A DNA stretch of 54,466 nucleotides. It comes from Phoronis australis (lineage: Eukaryota > Animalia > Phoronida). Numbering within the stretch: the first letter of the stretch is position 1; each line of letters starts with the position of its first letter. Of this stretch, positions 47,814 through 54,466 are shown one piece after another. The notes below the pieces were generated by a model. The model saw only the letters and a program-made list of their open reading frames with translations. It made no database searches and had not been told where the DNA came from. Where the stretch lies: positions 246,761-301,226 of the forward strand of contig NMRA01000265.1 in assembly GCA_002633005.1 (NCBI GenBank), given 5' to 3'. The position numbers were made by a program, and so were the translations under genes.

Positions 47814-50012
47814 CTGTCTCAGATTTCATTTGCTAAATGTTACATATTGTCTGCAACTCAGGCGCGGATTCCTCGGTAACTACAATATATAATATTGTTT
47901 TAAGCATGATCAAGGCTGATTGATAAAACACGCACGAAAACAACCTCGCCTTCCAACCAGGCGAAAAAGCACGATTTTATTTTGAATGTAAATCTTGAGC
48001 CTTCATACATTCAAACGTGTTGCACTTTGAAGAGCCCTGTAAATTATGCGTATTCATGAACTTGCCCACGAAATAACGGGTCACGACCTTGAAGAGTGCA
48101 GTAGTTAGATGCAAAAAGTTGTTGGCATCATATTTCCAGAAACCTCTGGTTCTAGATCAAAAAAATGTGTTAAAATTATGCAATAACGATACGTCACCAT
48201 ATCGTCACGGACACAAGAACATGATCATATCAGTAGAAATATATTTACATGTCACATTTACACACAATTTTGGAATGCTAAGTTTTGAGATTTACAGGAT
48301 AACTTCATTCAAAATTATGAAGCAGGGAATGTGCCTTACTGGTCCTAGACTAATAGACTATAGAGGTCAGTCGGATCAGTAATGACGCAAAGATGTTGTT
48401 TAGACCTTCAACTTCTGTCATGGAATACTTAGAATACACTCGCCTACAAAAGGAGGTTGTTTTCACTTCCTTGCAAATGCTACCTGTAGAGTTATTAGGA
48501 AACGGCATACTTAGTGGCTGACCAAAATATTCTCTTCAAAACTCCCAAACAAAGAATCAAACAGGAAACAAATTAAACAGAAGAAAAACCACCACCAGGG
48601 GTACTCTTCGAAAACAGGATGCAAAAACATGTTTAATGATAGATCTGTATGTAGTTTTAACTTGAAAAACTAAACTGATGTTTTCATAAATATTGACCTG
48701 GATAATTTATTATGACAAACACAGACTATTTTCCTGATGGTGTTCACCTTTGGAATAATGCACGACAATACACAAAACTGTGAGTAGAATGTACCTCACA
48801 TGCATATGTTTCACTGCTAAATCTAAGAAATTCACAGAGATTTGTCACCTTTCAATACTTTGCAAATAGGTCTCGAAGAACGATGTAGAAGCTTCTCCCA
48901 AAAATAGTGCTAAGCTATGACATCCTGGTCATACAGTGCCTTCCGTTTTAATGGTCAACAACCTCTGAATGTGAAGTGGCCAAGGTTGGAAACTCTTGGC
49001 AACCTTGTCAAAAACTGATTCTCATTCACAAGTCTATATCGTGGCTCATCTGTTTGGAATGGAAGTCACATTCTATCTTAGTACAAAAAGATTAGAGGTA
49101 TTTGTTATGTGACTGAGTAATCAACTTTAAAATTTGTGTTTTAGGAATAAAATAAGCCGAGGAAATGAATATTTCCTCATAAAGTTTGCCATCAGAAGCA
49201 GAAATGGCTTTGAAAACTACGTTGTTGTTTGAGAGTAAACATAAGTCGCCCCAATGGTTATAGAAAACCTAACACTAATTCAGCAATTGCCCAAAGAACC
49301 AGAAAACTTTGGTAATACCATCCTAGGTTTCATTCAGGTCTAATCTTTTCTGACAGCTAGCAAAATGAACATTTTAATACCAAGTTGCCTCAATACAGGG
49401 GTGCGTTCTGTAGACATAAGCTTGCACATGTGGTGAATAATCTTTGATTATGGAACAGCAATAAATTGTTGATTCAATCCCATAATGCAACATTCCAACC
49501 TCGCCAACTAATCACTTCAGTGGCTGCCACTTTACTAAGATAAGCTAGTAAGCTCCGGAGCACTTTCAATAATATTCAACTATAACTTGTGTGATTTTGC
49601 AAGAGCTTTTTAGCAAGAAACTTTATCTACATGCATAAATTGCTACCCCCGTAAATTCATAAGGGTCAAGCAAATATGCAACTTTAATCGGAGACTGGGC
49701 ACTTAATCATATTATGGATGGACAATTAACTAAACCAAAACAGTGAGTGAGTGCTCAGTGGCCAATCTACCAGGGGGCGACAGGGGTTAACCAACCCTCA
49801 AGAATGAGCATTTAAAAATACTCTTATAAAAACACTGAATGAGTAACAACACCACCCCCAGTAAAATTGTAGATCCATGATTGCTTCATCACTTGAGTAG
49901 TGTACAATGGAAGGGCTTTTACTCTTATAAAATCCAAAAAGTACTGAGAGGCACATGCTGTATCTATAATATTTGGATGTATGATCTAGATGAAGGACTA
50001 TGACCAGCATGT

Positions 50013-52487
50013 TTACATTCTCCTTATAAACAACAGAACAACTGAAGCTAACAGGACAGTCCATATGGAGCCACAGTAACGATGAGAGGTGTTACAGTAG
50101 TCAGTCTCACAATAACATTCACGTTGTTCCCCGGCATTGGTGTCCCGGAAATAGCAATCTGAGAAGGACCTTGCATCACGGGCCATTTGGACACAGATCC
50201 TTGAATCAACCGTTGACACTACAAAAATGAAAGAAAGAAATTTAATTACAGCCCTACTGGTAAGCAGTGTTATAGCTGAAGAGGTACATTTTCATTTTAA
50301 ATATCACAATAGATTAAAATAACACTGAGAACAATTGCAGACAACATACAATTAGAATGAAAGCATCTAAAGGTCCTATCATACCTAACGAGGGTTCTAC
50401 GCAAACTGTATCAATTTAAGCGTTTAACTTTTGTCCTGAATGAAATCTCACGCCTTCGTTTAAAGTGGACCTTGCACGCTAATTCCTTAACTATGCAATT
50501 GTTTGAATTAGTTCGAAACACAACATATTGTGACCATGTGAATGTTGAAAAGTGCCAAATGTTTTTAAGAAGGAGTTTTGTGTTGAAAATGATCAGCCTT
50601 AAAGGACTCAACTGTGTCCAGTAAGGATCACGACATGGTGTTGGGGAATAACACTGCATGATGCAGGCTATGTGAGCCCCCAAGATATGTCATTAATGCA
50701 AAGGTCACCTATTGGCAGACTTTTTGTTCTCACAATTTACAAGTTGTCAATGAATACTACTGCACTATGTTTAGCGTAGATGATGTTCAAATAGCACTGT
50801 CGTTTAATTCCTGTTATACATTAGAATAGTTAGGCACATGCAAATACATAAAAATCATTAAAGTTGTTTCAAAAGACACTCAGGTAATTTTAGTCTCTCC
50901 TGTGTATTGTACAAAACTCACTTCTGTTTACTCTTCACGGCATAAAGATTAATGAAAAAAATAAAACTTTGCCAGAGTAAAGCAAATGGGGATTATCAAA
51001 TTTCAAAATTTTATTGGTATGTCCCAAAACACCCAAACGACATATTCCCTCCCATACCCACCTTTGGTCATCTATTTGGGTCCCTTTTGTGTGTTAGTGA
51101 AATTTACATTTCAGCTGTCTGTCATTTTTGGAAGTACAAAACTGTAAAAAAATTGGCTTTGAATGCCCAAGCCCGTGAACATAGTTTATTCACAGAAATT
51201 TTTAAAACCTTTTTGTCGTGCAAGAGATCACCATACTTTGAATTTGTCCCTTAACTACAATGACGATCAACAGTGCCATCCACACACTGACTTACCCTAG
51301 AACAAGTCACTCCGGAAACAAGTTGTTGATAGGTATGGAGGCTGTGTGAATGCTATTTAAACTTATCCCACTAGTGACAACTTACTCCACATTATCGAGG
51401 TGAGGTAACTTGTTCTAGGGTAACTTGCACCACTTTTAATTGCTGTGTGGTTGCTAAAGTGGAGTAAGGTGGAAGTACTAATCAGCCTCCTATTCTTATG
51501 CATGTCCATTGTCGTACACAGAGTGATAACTTTCACCTTAATCTAGTTATCGAATAATGTGTGCGTGTGAACAGTCCACTTAAAAGTGGAGTAAGGTGCA
51601 CTAGTACAAGCTGTTGTAGGTCAGGCTGTGTGTGGATGAGAGTAATCTTACCCAAGTGTTTAAATTTGTGGTAGTGTTCTCGAACTGTCGTCGATACTTT
51701 CATACAAACTTCACAGTCATCTCGCTTAGGCCAGGACTCCATAGGCTCTTCGCATTTAATACCATAACTTCCACGGAATACGTTGCACTCGTAGCATTTC
51801 ACCTTACGACGCTTACTGATAACAAAATCTGAAAGTAGTAAATAATGGTGACCATTATGTTGGAGAAAGTATTACGAGAAATCCACTTTAACAAAAACAC
51901 TGGTAACTAAATACTGCTAAACTAACTGAGTTAGGTGAAAACGTATCATTCAATTTTCGTAACTGGAAGCTTTCACCTGTCCCAAGTTTGCTTACTTCCA
52001 GTTTTGTGACTGTTCTGCCATTTTGCCCTTCACTCAAAATAATTACAGTCAAATCAATATGGGTAGCTTTAAGTCGTGCACTTTTTTGTCATCGGCATCA
52101 TTCCCCGGTAAAGGTAGACAAGAGCGAGCGTTGGGCCTATCAATTGTATCATAAACTGAGTCAGCCAAAGGTGTGATAGTTCGCAAATTTTGAACACGGA
52201 ATTATTCTACAGTGTTGCCGGTGTAACTCTCTGACTCTGGACCTGGCCATGTCACAGTAGCAGAAAATGGCATGCACACCCACAACAGCTAAGTGCAATA
52301 TCTACAATTTAAACTTCAAGTAACAACTGAAATTGACCTAGTTTACGTAGGTTAAGAACGCCATAGTTGTGATTTTGAAATGATCCATGTGCACACGGAA
52401 GACGAAACTGTGCTGCGTACCTGAGCCCTGTCCAGACGACTCATGGACGAAAGTCAAAAGGACGACAAATAGAATACACTCTCTCAT
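50013..52487 (-). CDS. Ly6/uPAR (three-finger) GPI-anchored protein, gene D (149 aa, 3 exons)
   Basis: Exons 52487-52421 (MRECILFVVLLTFVHESSGQGS, donor gtacgc), 51828-51652 (DFVISKRRKVKCYECNVFRGSYGIKCEEPMESWPKRDDCEVCMKVSTTVREHYHKFKHL, acceptor tactttcag, donor gtaaga) and 50218-50013 (VSTVDSRICVQM...DCYF...ECYCETDYCNTSHRYCGSIWTVLLASVVLLFIRRM*, acceptor tttttgtag). 67+177+206=450 nt, phase-1 introns, 10 LU Cys. Confidence 0.92.
51292..51423. repeat. Short inverted-repeat element in gene D intron 2
   Basis: ttaccctagaacaagt (51292) / acttgttctagggtaa (51408), a 16-bp perfect inverted repeat. Confidence 0.7.
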
Positions 52488-52580
52488 CTCAGCTTCCCAC
52501 CGGTCCTCAACGGTTAAATAATTCGCGAGACATAGAACTCGGTTAAATTTTGACTCAGCCGGGGCGCTCTTTCACCTGGC

Positions 52581-52588
52581 TGACGTCA
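52581..52588. promoter_or_regulatory. Candidate CRE (TGACGTCA) upstream of gene D
   Basis: Perfect palindromic CRE about 95 bp upstream of the ATG in a CpG-richer stretch; motif match only. Confidence 0.3.
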
Positions 52589-54466
52589 CAGCCTAAGAAT
52601 GTTCGTTATTGGTATAGTATGCGCATGTGCAACTGGAATAGAAATACGTCGTGTAAACTTCAGCGAAAGTAACGGCACTCACTCTGTTAGTCAGTACCAG
52701 CTGAAATTGCGACAACTGGCGGAGGATTTCATGAGACTTGCGCAGTTTTATTGTTACGGGTAACGGGTGGTAGAATATACAAATGCAGTATAGTCAACGT
52801 GGAAACTAGGATAACCACCCACGGAAACAGAGGACTTGAAAAAAGAGTAAATTGTTAGAAGTAATTTGTTGGAAGCTATCTTTTCGCCCTCATGCACTAG
52901 CAGGCAGGTCCGCGCCGGCTCGTTGAAACACATGCCGCAGATGCCACGTCGTCAACAGTTAATATCTCTGAAAATATGTTGAAGGGGCAATGTCGGAGAG
53001 AAAAGATTTTTCTGAAATGAAATATGTATCAATGGAGCCCAATGATTCCTGAATCGTAGCAACGCGTTAAGGCCGGGTGGTGTATGCACTGGTCAAATTT
53101 CCAGGTTCCTATCTAAAATAAGTATAAAGGGGTTTTAACTAGTTAGACATGACTCTAAAAGTGACAAAAAGTCGTTGTTTTTTAATAACGTATTTTTTAA
53201 TTTTCAAAAAACAAAATTTTACTTCAATTTTTTTTCAAAATGCACAGGGATTATCTGTTTCCTTACGCAAAATTCTACTTGTCCATACTAAATATAGGTA
53301 CAAAATCATTATGATCTTGAATTTGTGGCATTTTTGCGTGTGTGTTGTGGCAGGCACGCCACTTTCTGTCATTTGGTCAGTTTCCGTCTAATTAGTAAAA
53401 ATCTGGTCCATATATCAAAAAAAAAACCCGGCACGCGATTTTACTTCAGTTATAGTGGATTTCAAATTTGCAAGTTTCGTAAAAATTGACCCAGTACGTG
53501 TTGCGGAAAAATAGGCCCGAGAATCTGGCCACTATTCTGAAATCACGAGCCGAGAAAAACCGCTTTTGTAACTTGACTTGTTAAATGGAAAATACCTTGA
53601 TTTCAGCCCTCTATGGTACTTTTATTTTGAGGCAGTTTATATTTTAATTATACATGTAAATGACCCTCCACAAGTGTGCACGTGCGTATGTACATGTATG
53701 CCGGTATGAACGTTTTCTTTTCGTTTTCACATTTCTGTAAAAGTATTATGTTTAATAAAAAAAATAAAAAATAGCAACACTTTTGAACACTAAACTGACA
53801 AAATGTCATGTTCGGTGGAGTCTTTTGCCATGTCTTAGAACTTAGTCCTAGGGAGAGGAACAACCCTTGGCTCCATAAATCCGCTCAGATGCTTTGAGAT
53901 GAGGAACTCCCTCGTTTCCTGAGCTACCGCAGTACCCGGCCACTTTTTACTTGAAGGTCGCGCATTTTCAGTCCTGTGGAGACCTTGAGCGAAACATCTT
54001 GTTCATTGGTCAGTTGTCATGAACTCTTGTTAGTCTAACGAGTTCCAGAGTCATCTTCTAGTGCTGTGTTATTTGATTCGTACTGGAGAGTACCGCAATC
54101 CCGCCAAGCAGGAAATGTGTTTCAAACATGATCCTTTTACATGTACGTATATATTTTCGCAGGTGCGTCTCGTGAGTTCATTCTCGCTCTTTTCTCGGGT
54201 ATCTTCATTTACGCGCTAGTAAAAATTTGAACATAAAATAATAAAATTTTCAATGAAATTGGGCTATTCGGAAAATCTACAATAACTAGAGGGCGTGCGT
54301 GTACTAGTGGTGATAAATTAACAGCCTCGATTTCGCGAGCCCTTTAAATACATGGTGAAATGGCTTGCAGCCGTGCCAACTGAATCTGAGATTGCGTAAA
54401 AAGGGTGCTTCTATGAGAGGAAGTAAGCACGACCTCATACAAAGGTAAGGTTTGTGATTATTTTAA

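Noticed and set aside
54413-54450. Possible first exon MRGSKHDLIQ with donor gtaagg of a divergent plus-strand gene
   Set aside because: Too short and at the window edge, so it cannot be supported.

Overview
Intron-containing, AT-rich animal genomic DNA, probably a marine invertebrate (spiralian-like; an impression from the repeat types and frequent TACATGTA, not a firm assignment), with a 978-N gap at 4166-5143. The main content is a cluster of four intact, strongly diverged three-exon Ly6/uPAR (three-finger, Quiver/Sleepless-like) genes. Each has a signal peptide, a 10-Cys LU domain ending CxC..CN, a GPI-type tail and two phase-1 introns: A (+) 19614-23679, B (-) 39410-28852, C (-) 46127-44279, D (-) 52487-50013. 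The ORF track shows them only as fragments. Also present: an intronless type-I membrane VWA/MIDAS gene broken by one in-frame TGA (9740-10810), and exon-like remnants of a glycosylated membrane protein gene interleaved with gene B. Mobile DNA includes an AcademH-like remnant (RecQ helicase plus putative transposase), a BEL/Pao remnant carrying a nested AcademX-like element and a Helentron-associated (HINE/pearl-like) element, a second HINE with nine co-oriented CTCF-like motifs, and several MITEs. All gene models were spliced by eye from GT-AG sites and frame continuity; no database search was run.
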